From NCBI GenBank assembly GCA_964370065.1, contig CAYJGK010000003.1:12381-76380 (forward strand): a stretch of 64,000 bases of DNA. The letters run 5' to 3'. Of the stretch, positions 1-8,667 are shown in pieces. Each line of letters opens with the position of its first letter. Position 1 is the stretch's first letter. This DNA comes from an uncultured Erysipelotrichaceae bacterium. GTDB lineage: Bacteria > Bacillota_I > Bacilli_A > Erysipelotrichales > Erysipelotrichaceae. Under the pieces are notes generated by a model. It searched no databases. It saw only the letters and a program-made list of their open reading frames with translations, and was not told where the DNA came from. Made by a program: the position numbers and the translations under genes.

Positions 1-185
1 AGAGCAATACAAGCCATTGCCATGGCTGGCATTAATTTAGGCCATGCAAACTTCTTTTTCTTTTCAACTCCCATGCTTCTTTCTTCATCGATTTTGTGAC
101 ATTCTTGAAGTATATAATTAAAATCTATTTCAGGGGTGTTGTCTGTTAATGATTCCTTTATTCTCTTTTTAATTAATTTGCTCAT
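1..185 (-). CDS. putative anti-sigma factor, N-terminal part (3' end beyond window edge)
   Basis: Open minus-strand frame from ATG at 185-183 (MSKLIKKRIKESLTDNTPEIDF...KKKKFAWPKLMPAMAMACIA). It overlaps the stop of the upstream sigma gene by 17 nt. A short cytoplasmic head is followed by the start of a hydrophobic segment. The call rests on position and architecture only. Confidence 0.45.
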   Translation of the reverse strand, partial: MSKLIKKRIKESLTDNTPEIDFNYILQECHKIDEERSMGVEKKKKFAWPKLMPAMAMACIA

Positions 186-747
186 ATACTGTATCCTCCT
201 TTACCTTATCTTGTAATTTTTTTATGGCTCGATTGTATTTTGAAAGAACTGTGGATAATTTCATATCGAGCATACTTGCTATTTCTTTGTGAAGGAAGCC
301 TTCTAAGGCGTGTAAAACAACAATTTGGCGACTTTGTTCATCAAGTGAAGAAAGTGCTTGCTGAAGAAAAATTTTATTTTTTACTTTTACATGATCTTCT
401 ACTTTATATTGGTTTTCTAAATCTTCACGCTCATCTAAAATGATTTCACGCTGTTGTTTACGTATTTTCATGTACGTTATATTTCTAGTGATTGTAAAAA
501 TCCAAGCCATTGCTTTTGCATTCGACTTGTATAAATGTGCATTCTTGTAAATTTGTATAAACACATCTTGTACTATATCTTGTGCATCTTGTGAGTTTTT
601 TATAATGGAGTAGGCGTATCCATAGAGTGATTGATGACACAACTCAAATAGTTCTTTTAGTGCTGCTTTATCTTGTTTTGCAATGGCAAAAAGAAGCGTG
701 TCATAATCGTCATTTGCCGATTCTTTTTTTAATAGTGATAATTTCAT
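169..747 (-). CDS. RNA polymerase sigma-70 family (ECF-type) sigma factor
   Basis: 192 aa. Region 2-like segment (DAQDIVQDVFIQIY) and region 4 HTH (LHALEGFLHKEIASMLDMKLSTVLSKYNRAIKKL). Confidence 0.85.
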   Translation of the reverse strand: MKLSLLKKESANDDYDTLLFAIAKQDKAALKELFELCHQSLYGYAYSIIKNSQDAQDIVQDVFIQIYKNAHLYKSNAKAMAWIFTITRNITYMKIRKQQREIILDEREDLENQYKVEDHVKVKNKIFLQQALSSLDEQSRQIVVLHALEGFLHKEIASMLDMKLSTVLSKYNRAIKKLQDKVKEDTVYEQIN

Positions 748-1340
748 AGTATTCTCCTATTCATTATATTAATGCAGAAAAGGGATATTTTATTGCATTA
801 ATATAATATTTTCAAAAAAATTATATCAAAATAAAAATAAAGAAAGCAAGCCTTTATTCTAGCCAAATTAGATTGGTATATATTAAAAAAACATTTTACT
901 TAAGTAATATGTCCTATAACTCTTTGAAGTTCACATGGAATAATAATGAAAACAGTTTTCCTTTGTGCTAAGTTTTTAAGTATTTTAAATCCTTGTAATG
1001 TTCAAGAAGGTTGGGTTGGATTGGCTGAAATAAACAATTCTATTTGTTGCACTTTCTATATTAAGCTAAGCACCTCGTTTTAATATATCTATCAGGATAA
1101 ATATCCAATTAGTGATAGAGCATGGTAGAGCGTATTTTGCAGATAATACGACGGTAAATGCAATAAATATAGATAAAAAGATAACCCTTCTAATTGGATC
1201 AGTAGGAGAAATGGCATTTGTTGAAAATAAAGTTTTTTCAAAATTTATTTAAAGGATAATTTGATTTTTCACTTTCATATACGAAGCAAAATATATGAAA
1301 TTGATAAATACAATCAGTGTGATGCAACTTATAGGTATAC

Positions 1341-1381
1341 AAAAAGTACAACCTTTGCGTGGAGTAGGTTGTACTTTTTGT
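1341..1381. terminator. bidirectional intrinsic terminator downstream of the DUF3793/nrdI operon
   Basis: aaaaagtacaacc (1341-1353) pairs with ggttgtacttttt (1367-1379). A-tract and T-tract flank the stem. Confidence 0.7.
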
Positions 1382-1416
1382 TTTATTGTTTGTTAAATAA
1401 GGTAGAAATTGTTTTT

Positions 1417-1980
1417 TTATGCATAAGCAACTTGATCTTTATGTTGTAATAAAGTGTGAATTTCTTTGAACTGTTTTGCTTTTTGAAAGCAATCATCATA
1501 TTCTTGAAATAACCGACAAGCTGCCTCTTTGTTGTGGTATACTTTCCAGTATCCACAATGTAAGCATGGTTTTTGTTTAATGAACCCAATCACATCATGA
1601 TAAGGGTAACCTAGAAAGATACCGATCTCATGGGGATAATGATCATAAGTTGTTAAACGATAATCCAAATACTGTAATATTTCATTAAACGAGTTAGGAT
1701 ACCCATTAGCTTGGATAAAGCGTGACACTAACGGATTGGTTAATACACGTTTCAACCTGGCTTCTTGGTAAACAAAGATAGTAACGTAATCTTTTTCTTT
1801 TTGAAAGAGTTTAATTGAAAAGGAATATTTCTGCAACAACGTATTATATTGTTGTACTAATGCAGAAATATTAGAAAAAGCATTCTTATTGACATGAAAC
1901 ATACTAGCTGGCTTTGTGTGGAGTAAGACGCTTGCACAATGTCTTGTCATAAGACGTTCAAAATATCTTTGTTCAGACAT
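1417..1980 (-). CDS. DUF3793 family protein
   Basis: 187 aa. HCASVLLHTKPASMF and HEIGIFLGYPYHDVIGF motifs are typical of this family as I recall it. The stop-start gap to the flavodoxin gene is 4 nt. Confidence 0.55.
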   Translation of the reverse strand: MSEQRYFERLMTRHCASVLLHTKPASMFHVNKNAFSNISALVQQYNTLLQKYSFSIKLFQKEKDYVTIFVYQEARLKRVLTNPLVSRFIQANGYPNSFNEILQYLDYRLTTYDHYPHEIGIFLGYPYHDVIGFIKQKPCLHCGYWKVYHNKEAACRLFQEYDDCFQKAKQFKEIHTLLQHKDQVAYA

Positions 1981-1983
1981 ACA

Positions 1984-2337
1984 TTACTCGTTAATTAATT
2001 TCGCAATTGCAGAAATATCTTCATCTGTTCCATCGTTTTCTACTTTGTATAAACAAGGAATAGAATGAGCTTGTGCAATTGTGTCACCAGCGGCACAATA
2101 TGCCTCACCATAACTTAAATCACCTGAAACGATGACTCCTTTAATTTTGTTTGGATTTGTTTCTAGAAAAGATTCGACTTCTGCAGGTGTATCACCCCAA
2201 CCATCTGTGTAAGTAATTAAGATGAAATCTTCATCTATAGTCTCACCACCAGTAGAAATTTGAAGAGCGTTATCAATTTTTAATTTATCAATAATTGCTT
2301 GCACGTTTCCTGTTCTAGATGCATAGGCTATTTTCAT
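1984..2337 (-). CDS. nrdI: NrdI-like flavodoxin
   Basis: 117 aa. SRTGNVQ FMN-loop motif, FILITYTDGWGDTP and VSGDLSYGEAY align by eye with Bacillus NrdI. Confidence 0.75.
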   Translation of the reverse strand: MKIAYASRTGNVQAIIDKLKIDNALQISTGGETIDEDFILITYTDGWGDTPAEVESFLETNPNKIKGVIVSGDLSYGEAYCAAGDTIAQAHSIPCLYKVENDGTDEDISAIAKLINE

Positions 2338-2567
2338 ATAGTACCTCCTTTTGCAGTTAGCTTCAACTAACTATCTACACTATATACGATTACGCAACAT
2401 ATGTCAACGATAAAGTTATCTAAAACTAACAATTTTCTATAACTCCATTTTATAAAATTTGTTTTTCAGGTGAAGAGCAGTAGAAAGTGCAATAAAATGG
2501 AGTTATCCTTATGTAAAGAAACGTAAACATCAAGTATTAAACTAGAGATGTTAAATGCGTAAAATAG

Positions 2568-2819
2568 CCAAGAAGTATCATTGTGGAAATAAATGGTGCG
2601 TATGCAAACGGATTAAGCGCAGGTAGTGCCACAATACAATTAGTGACAACTGAGATGATTTATGAAAAAGTAATAGCGATTAATAATACACCAAACACAG
2701 GAGAAGAGGTTAAACCAACGACTCCACCAACGGGTGATACAAGTCAAACACAATTATTCTTAGCATTATTATGCTTAGGATTCATTGGATTTGGATGCAC
2801 AAGAAGAGTTTGTAAATAG
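2568..2819 (+). pseudogene. C-terminal remnant of a sortase-anchored Ig-like (Big_2) surface protein
   Basis: The frame opens right after a TAG at 2565. Only a GTG start at 2583 is available and no signal peptide is present. It encodes the end of an Ig-like domain (GLSAGSATIQLVT), a Pro/Thr linker, a TPPTG sorting-like motif, a hydrophobic stretch and an RRVCK tail. Confidence 0.5.
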
Positions 2820-2823
2820 CGAT

Positions 2824-2857
2824 AAAAAGTATGAATTCTAAAATTCATACTTTTTAT
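2824..2857 (+). terminator. intrinsic terminator
   Basis: aaaaagtatgaatt / aattcatacttttt hairpin followed by a T-run. Confidence 0.75.
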
Positions 2858-2914
2858 ATTATCATCATAATCTTGTTTTTTTTGGTATACTATTAATAGA
2901 GTAAGGAGATTTAT

Positions 2915-3496
2915 ATGACAGAAAAAGAAAAACAATTAGCGGGGTTATTACATAATGCTAATTACGATGCGCAATTACAAAAAGAGATGAAAGAATGTAA
3001 AGCAAAATGTTTTGTATATAATCAGACCAATCCATTAGACGAAGAAAAAAAAGCAGTTTTGCTACAACAATTGTTTGGAAAAGTTGGGAAAGATGCTGTA
3101 ATATTAAGTCCTTTTCATTGCGATTATGGATATCGTATAGAAGTTGGTGAGCATTTCTTCATGAATCATGGATGTGTTATTTTAGATGGTGCTAAAGTTC
3201 GTTTTGGTGATAATGTGTTTGTTGCACCCAATTGTGGATTTTATGCAGCTGGGCATCCGATTGACACGCAACGTAGAAATGAAGGATTAGAATATGCTTA
3301 TCCAATCACGATAGGAAATCATGTTTGGATTGGGGGAGGCGTTCAAATACTTCCAGGTGTCACAATTGGCGATCATGTCGTAATTGGGGCAGGAAGTGTT
3401 GTTAATAAAGATATTCCAAGTCATGTAGTCGCAGCGGGCAATCCGTGTAAAATTATACGTGAAATATCAGAAGATGATGTAATGAAGCAGTATTAA
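2915..3496 (+). CDS. maa: maltose/galactoside O-acetyltransferase (hexapeptide-repeat sugar O-acetyltransferase)
   Basis: 193 aa. N-terminal Mac domain (MTEKEKQLAGLLHNANYD), left-handed beta-helix hexapeptide repeats (IGNHVWIGGGVQILPGVTIGDHVVIGAGSVV). Confidence 0.9.
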   Translation: MTEKEKQLAGLLHNANYDAQLQKEMKECKAKCFVYNQTNPLDEEKKAVLLQQLFGKVGKDAVILSPFHCDYGYRIEVGEHFFMNHGCVILDGAKVRFGDNVFVAPNCGFYAAGHPIDTQRRNEGLEYAYPITIGNHVWIGGGVQILPGVTIGDHVVIGAGSVVNKDIPSHVVAAGNPCKIIREISEDDVMKQY

Positions 3497-3600
3497 AAAG
3501 AAGTTTCAAGTCAATTTGGATACGATTCCCATGTTGGTACCTATCTTACATATTTTGAACAATGGAAAAAAGAATGTTTAATATAGACTCGTGAAGGCAT

Positions 3601-3629
3601 AAAAAAAGACGATATTATCGTCTTTTTTT
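3601..3629. terminator. bidirectional intrinsic terminator shared by maa and the VOC gene
   Basis: aaaaaaagacgat-att-atcgtcttttttt. Confidence 0.75.
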
Positions 3630-4005
3630 ATACATGCTGATCAACTAATATCATGTTTCCATCTGGATCGCTAATTATAAAACTAGCAGGTCCTTTCTCA
3701 TTGTTTGGGTCAGGCTCTGTAATAAAACTGACTTGTTTATCTTTTAATTGTTGTTGTATGATTCTAATATCATCAAATGAATCAAGTGGTATTGCATCTT
3801 GATTCCACCCTGGATTAAATGTTAAGATATGACCTTCAAACATATCTTGAAATAGACCAATTGTTGTATTTCCATTATTCATAATAATCCAATTTTGTTG
3901 AATATCACCATGGCTTACCGTAAAGCCTAGTTTCTCATAAAAAGCTTTTGATTTATGAATGTCTGCAACTGCTAAACTGACTGAAAACGCTCCTAATTTC
4001 ATCAT
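3628..4005 (-). CDS. VOC (glyoxalase/bleomycin-resistance) family protein
   Basis: 125 aa. Typical VOC fold signature (SVSLAVADIHKSKAFYEKLGF ... DPDGNMILV). Confidence 0.8.
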   Translation of the reverse strand: MMKLGAFSVSLAVADIHKSKAFYEKLGFTVSHGDIQQNWIIMNNGNTTIGLFQDMFEGHILTFNPGWNQDAIPLDSFDDIRIIQQQLKDKQVSFITEPDPNNEKGPASFIISDPDGNMILVDQHV

Positions 4006-4251
4006 ATGATCCCCTTTCTAATTTGTTTTCCTATATAATAATTATACTAATAAAAAGAATAATAGTCGACGATAAAAGTGATTAAATAAATAGAGTATGA
4101 TATACTATTTAAGATTGATGTGAGATAAATCAATAATATTTTGGAAAATAAATTTATTTGTTAGATGAAGTAAAATAAATGAAAACAGTTGTATAAATCA
4201 CATAAATTTTATAAAATAGAAATAGTAAATTGACAAGAGGCGGGAGTAAAT

Positions 4252-5361
4252 ATGGAAAACAATATGGAAGAATACTTTGAAACAGAAATTTCAACAAGAG
4301 AAGAGCTATTAGATGAATTAAAAGCAGTATATGAAAGTATGGATACACAGCAAGCTAGAGAATTTCAAAAAAGATGGAGACAATTCGATTCTTGGGAATC
4401 GGCATATGATGAAAAATTAAATGATGAATTCTACGATATGGTTAATCATGTATTTTCAAAAATTAAAAGTGAACAAAAGGACAATGAATTAGCTAAATTA
4501 GCTTTAATTGAACAAGCAGAAAAAGAATTAAAAAGCACAAACTTGAATGCTTCTACTAAAGTAATGAATGACTTAATGGATGCATGGAAACAAGTAAGAA
4601 GTGCAGGAAGAGATTTAGATGATGCACTTTGGGAAAAATTTAATGGAGCAAGGCAAGCATTCTTTGATTTAAAAGCTAAACATTATGAGCAATTACGTGA
4701 ACGTTTTGCACAAGCAAAAGTAACAAAAGAAGCATTAATTGCCAGAGTGAATGAAATTAAAGATTCAACTGATTATAAAGTGGTCAGTGCAGAAATGAAT
4801 ACATTGATGAAAGAGTGGAAAGCAGCGGGAAGTGCTGGAAAAGAATTTGAAGAACAATTATGGGAACAGTTTAATAGTGCTAGACAAGTGTTCTATGATC
4901 ACAAAGCGAAACACTTTGCTGGATTAGAAGAGCAATATGTTCAAAATAATGAATTAAAGAAAGCTTTAATTGAAAAAGTAAGAGAAGTAGTGGATGCTGA
5001 TTATTATTGTCGCGAGAATACAGATTTAATGAAATCTTTTAGTGAAGAGTGGAAAAAAATTGGATTCTCAGGAAGAGAATACGATAATGCAAATTGGGAT
5101 ACTTTTAAAGCATTAAGTGATTCTTATTTCAATGGATTAAAAGCCTTCAATGAAGAAAGAGCACAATTATACCAACAGCGTTTATTAAATCGCAAAAATG
5201 ATTTACAAGCAATGATTGAAAGAGAAAAGCGTACAATCACTCGTTTACGTCGTGAAATTGGAGAAACGATTTCAGAGCGCGGAATTAAAAATATTGAAGA
5301 AGAGATTGAAGAAATTAAAGCCTATATCTCTGAATTAGAAGAAGAATTAAAAACATTATAA
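4252..5361 (+). CDS. DUF349 domain-containing protein
   Basis: 369 aa. Several tandem about 70-aa helical repeats with the W-x-x-x-G...LW..F......F pattern (AWKQVRSAGRDLDDALWEKFNGARQAFF, EWKAAGSAGKEFEEQLWEQFNSARQVFY, EWKKIGFSGREYDNANWDTF). Confidence 0.85.
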   Translation: MENNMEEYFETEISTREELLDELKAVYESMDTQQAREFQKRWRQFDSWESAYDEKLNDEFYDMVNHVFSKIKSEQKDNELAKLALIEQAEKELKSTNLNASTKVMNDLMDAWKQVRSAGRDLDDALWEKFNGARQAFFDLKAKHYEQLRERFAQAKVTKEALIARVNEIKDSTDYKVVSAEMNTLMKEWKAAGSAGKEFEEQLWEQFNSARQVFYDHKAKHFAGLEEQYVQNNELKKALIEKVREVVDADYYCRENTDLMKSFSEEWKKIGFSGREYDNANWDTFKALSDSYFNGLKAFNEERAQLYQQRLLNRKNDLQAMIEREKRTITRLRREIGETISERGIKNIEEEIEEIKAYISELEEELKTL

Positions 5362-5369
5362 GAATAAGG

Positions 5370-5404
5370 AAAAGAGTAAAATGTGCATATTTTACTCTTT
5401 TTTA
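5370..5404 (+). terminator. intrinsic terminator
   Basis: aaaagagtaaaat / attttactctttt hairpin plus T-run. Confidence 0.75.
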
Positions 5405-5597
5405 TACTTTATATAGATGTTATAACATAAAATAAATGGAGGTATCGAATAGAAACCATTTTAATAAGATAAAGGAGCGAGTCGTCTAAGTACTATTAGG
5501 AAAAGGAAATAGACAAATGTAAGCACTTACCTTGCTTAATTCCTAGTAGAATGATATGATAATTACATACATATGAAGTATAGAAAGAGGTACTATT

Positions 5598-6872
5598 ATG
5601 GGTTTGGATTTGGATGTAACCATTTCGGCTTTAACGGTCTTTGTACAAGGGATTCTAAGTTTTTTTTCGCCTTGCGTTTTACCTATTATTCCCTTATACA
5701 TAGGTTACCTATCTGGAGGTGCCAGTAAAGATGAGCAAGGAAATCTAAAATTCAATCAAAAGAAAGTATTGATGAATACCCTATTCTTTATTGTAGGTAT
5801 CAGTTTTGCTTTCTTTATATTGGGATTAGGTTTTTCTAGTTTTAGTCGATTTATTACACAAAATCAAATTTGGTTTTCTCGTATAGGAGGAGCCATTATT
5901 ATCTTATTCGGTTTGATTCAAATGGGAATCATATCTTTGCCGAATAAAGGAAGAGAATACAAATTGCCAATTAAAATTAATGTCCACTCAATGAGTCCAT
6001 TCGTAGCTTTATTGATGGGATTCACATTTAGTTTTGCTTGGACACCATGTGTTGGACCAGCCTTATCCACTGTGTTAATTCTGGTAGCGAACACACAAAC
6101 GATGGGACAAGGTATCTTATTAATGCTTGTATACACAATTGGATTTACTCTACCATTTTTAATAGTCGGAGTATTTACTACACAGAGTTTACGATTTTTT
6201 AAACATAATCAAAAGGTTGTACGCTATACAGTTAAAATAGGAGCCGTAATCATGATAGTAATAGGGTTATTAATGGTTAGTGGGACAATGAATCAAGTGA
6301 GTCAATATTTTGCTTCACTAGGTATAAACACACCAAGTGAACAGCAAACAGAAGAGGTAACTTCTAAAGAAGAGAGAGCAGAAGTAGAAGATGCACAAAC
6401 TCAGGCAGATATAACCAATAATGTTGTGCCTGCAATTGGCTTTAGTTTGTATGATCAATTTGGCAACTTACATACTTTAGAACAGTATAAAGGTAAAGTC
6501 ATATTTTTCAATTTCTGGGCGACATGGTGCCCTCCTTGCCAAGCAGAAATGCCTTATATTCAAACTGTATATGAACAATATGGTGGGAATGAACAAGATG
6601 TAATTATCTTAGGCGTGGCCTCTCCTAATGATGAAAATCCCATGACTCGTGAAGGAAGTAGTGATGAGGTAATAACTTATATGCAAGAACATGGGTATAC
6701 CTACCCAACCTTACTTGATCCAACGGGGAGTATAGCTGCTCAGTATGGAGTAAGTTCTTATCCAACCACTTTTATGATTGATAAGAATGGTTACATATAT
6801 GGTTATATACCGGGTGGGCTTCCTTTAGAAATCATGCAACAAATGATTGAACAAACATTAGCAGCCAAGTAG
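5598..6872 (+). CDS. CcdA/DsbD-type thiol-disulfide transporter fused to a TlpA/ResA-like thioredoxin domain
   Basis: 424 aa. N-terminal polytopic domain with the two CcdA Cys motifs (FFSPCVLP, WTPCVGP), an acidic linker, and a C-terminal thioredoxin fold with WATWCPPC. Confidence 0.9.
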   Translation: MGLDLDVTISALTVFVQGILSFFSPCVLPIIPLYIGYLSGGASKDEQGNLKFNQKKVLMNTLFFIVGISFAFFILGLGFSSFSRFITQNQIWFSRIGGAIIILFGLIQMGIISLPNKGREYKLPIKINVHSMSPFVALLMGFTFSFAWTPCVGPALSTVLILVANTQTMGQGILLMLVYTIGFTLPFLIVGVFTTQSLRFFKHNQKVVRYTVKIGAVIMIVIGLLMVSGTMNQVSQYFASLGINTPSEQQTEEVTSKEERAEVEDAQTQADITNNVVPAIGFSLYDQFGNLHTLEQYKGKVIFFNFWATWCPPCQAEMPYIQTVYEQYGGNEQDVIILGVASPNDENPMTREGSSDEVITYMQEHGYTYPTLLDPTGSIAAQYGVSSYPTTFMIDKNGYIYGYIPGGLPLEIMQQMIEQTLAAK

Positions 6873-6879
6873 TCCTTCA

Positions 6880-6908
6880 TTGACAATAATTGTTGATAAG
6901 CGTATACT
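6880..6908 (+). promoter_or_regulatory. consensus-like sigma-A promoter
   Basis: TTGACA (6880-6885), 17-nt spacer, TATACT (6903-6908). Confidence 0.55.
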
Positions 6909-6925
6909 TCAACTGTATGAACACG

Positions 6926-6968
6926 AAAAAACTAAGTAAGATAACCTTGCGTCATACTTAGTTTTTTT
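6926..6968 (+). terminator. intrinsic terminator/attenuator between the promoter-like element and the antiporter start
   Basis: aaaaaactaagta (6926-6938) pairs with tacttagttttttt (6955-6968). The RBS GGAGGA follows directly. Confidence 0.65.
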
Positions 6969-6982
6969 AATGGAGGATTAAC

Positions 6983-8182
6983 ATGTTAACAAGTATTGCA
7001 CTTATCTTTTTAATCGGCATTCTATTAGGCGGTTTATTTAATAAAATTAAGCTGCCTAGCTTAATTGGAATGATTATAACAGGAATGATATTAAGCCCTT
7101 ATGCACTTCATTTATTAGATGATAAACTTTTATCCATTTCAGCAGAAATTCGCCAAATTGCTTTAGTGATAATTCTAACAAGAGCAGGATTAGCATTAAA
7201 TATAAGCGATTTAAAAAAAGTAGGGAGACCTGCTTTGTTTATGAGTTTTTTACCTGCTACAATTGAAATAGTTGCCATTGTTTTAATCGCTCCTATTTTA
7301 TTTGGAGTTACTATTTTAGAAGCAGCTCTTATGGGAAGTGTATTAGCAGCTGTTTCACCTGCTGTAGTAGTCCCTAGGATGATCACACTAATTGAAAATA
7401 AAAGGGGAACAAAAAAGGGAATTCCTCAATTAATTGTAGCAGGGGCATCAGTAGACGATGTATATGTGATTGTCTTATTTACAGCTTTTACTGCCTTAGC
7501 AGTGGGAAGTAGTATATCTACAATTAGTTTTCTTCAAATACCCATTTCTATTATTTTAGGAATTGGATTGGGAATACTAGTAGGGAAATTTTTCACCAAC
7601 TTATTCAAAAAAGTACAAGTACGCGATTCCATTAAATTGTTAATCATCATCAGTGTTTCTTTCTTATTACTAGAATTTGAACAGCAAGTATCTTCTATTG
7701 TATCAATCTCTGCTTTGTTATCTATAATGAGCATGGGAGTTACTATAAAACATGAATATCCTGCCTTAGCAATACGCTTATCCATTAAATACAATAAATT
7801 ATGGGTGGCTGCTGAAGTCATGCTATTTGTTTTAGTTGGAGCGACAGTGAACACAGCTTACATGATCAATGCAGGGATAGGGACAATTGCTATTGTATTA
7901 ATTGGTTTGCTAGCTAGAATGTTTGGAGTTTGGTTAAGCTTATTAAAAACGCCATTCATTAAAAAGGAACGCTTATTTTGTATGGTTGCTTACACGCCTA
8001 AAGCAACAGTACAAGCAGCCATTGGTTCTATTCCATTAACAATGGGATTAGCGTGTGGGGAATTAGTATTAAGTGTAGCAGTACTATCGATTTTAATAAC
8101 TGCCCCATTTGGCGCAAAGGGAATTGATTGTTTATATACAAGATGCTTGAGTCAGGATGCAGATGATGAAACTGTGGATTGA
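6983..8182 (+). CDS. cation:proton antiporter (Na+/H+ exchanger family)
   Basis: 399 aa, about 11-12 TM segments, Na_H_exchanger-like sequence throughout. Confidence 0.8.
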   Translation: MLTSIALIFLIGILLGGLFNKIKLPSLIGMIITGMILSPYALHLLDDKLLSISAEIRQIALVIILTRAGLALNISDLKKVGRPALFMSFLPATIEIVAIVLIAPILFGVTILEAALMGSVLAAVSPAVVVPRMITLIENKRGTKKGIPQLIVAGASVDDVYVIVLFTAFTALAVGSSISTISFLQIPISIILGIGLGILVGKFFTNLFKKVQVRDSIKLLIIISVSFLLLEFEQQVSSIVSISALLSIMSMGVTIKHEYPALAIRLSIKYNKLWVAAEVMLFVLVGATVNTAYMINAGIGTIAIVLIGLLARMFGVWLSLLKTPFIKKERLFCMVAYTPKATVQAAIGSIPLTMGLACGELVLSVAVLSILITAPFGAKGIDCLYTRCLSQDADDETVD

Positions 8183-8600
8183 TGGGGATGGGTGTCCAGT
8201 TGTTTATGAAAGTATCCAAATCGCTAAACAACATCATTTAGAGTGTTGCATTGTGTGCGATACAAATCATATGTATCAATATGATGTAGAATTATATGTC
8301 GTAGGCAAAGGGAAAGACAGTGCTGATTTTGCCTTAGTCAACCGAATAAAAAAACAGGATATTATCGTTACACAAGATTATGGATTAGCTAGTATGTGTT
8401 TGGCAAAACAAGCGTATGTAATCAATCAAGATGGTTTCTTATATACTCAGGAAAATATCAATGCTTTATTAATGAGCCGTCATGAACATGCTAAAGCACG
8501 AAAAAAAGGAATGCGCACGAAAGGGTTACAAAAACGTGATCGTAAGCAAAATGAAATATTTATGCAAACTTTATCTGATTTAGTTAAGAACGTACAGTAA
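8157..8600 (+). CDS. YaiI/YqxD family (UPF0178/DUF188) protein
   Basis: 147 aa. Family-typical N-terminus KLWIDGDGCPV. Overlaps the antiporter stop. The true start may be one of the ATGs at 8163/8166. Confidence 0.8.
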   Translation: MQMMKLWIDGDGCPVVYESIQIAKQHHLECCIVCDTNHMYQYDVELYVVGKGKDSADFALVNRIKKQDIIVTQDYGLASMCLAKQAYVINQDGFLYTQENINALLMSRHEHAKARKKGMRTKGLQKRDRKQNEIFMQTLSDLVKNVQ

Positions 8601-8667
8601 CGTTCTTTTTATTATCACATGTATGTTGTAAGAATATTTTATATACTAATAAAAGAGGTGGTGGCAT

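Noticed and set aside
2377-2411. Possible tandem NrdR boxes upstream of nrdI (ACACTATATACGATTA and a second ACATATGT-centred element about 21 nt away).
   Set aside because: The first element matches only about 11 of 16 consensus positions, essentially one half-site. The second matches poorly. This is not enough to call an NrdR operator without a genome-wide motif model.
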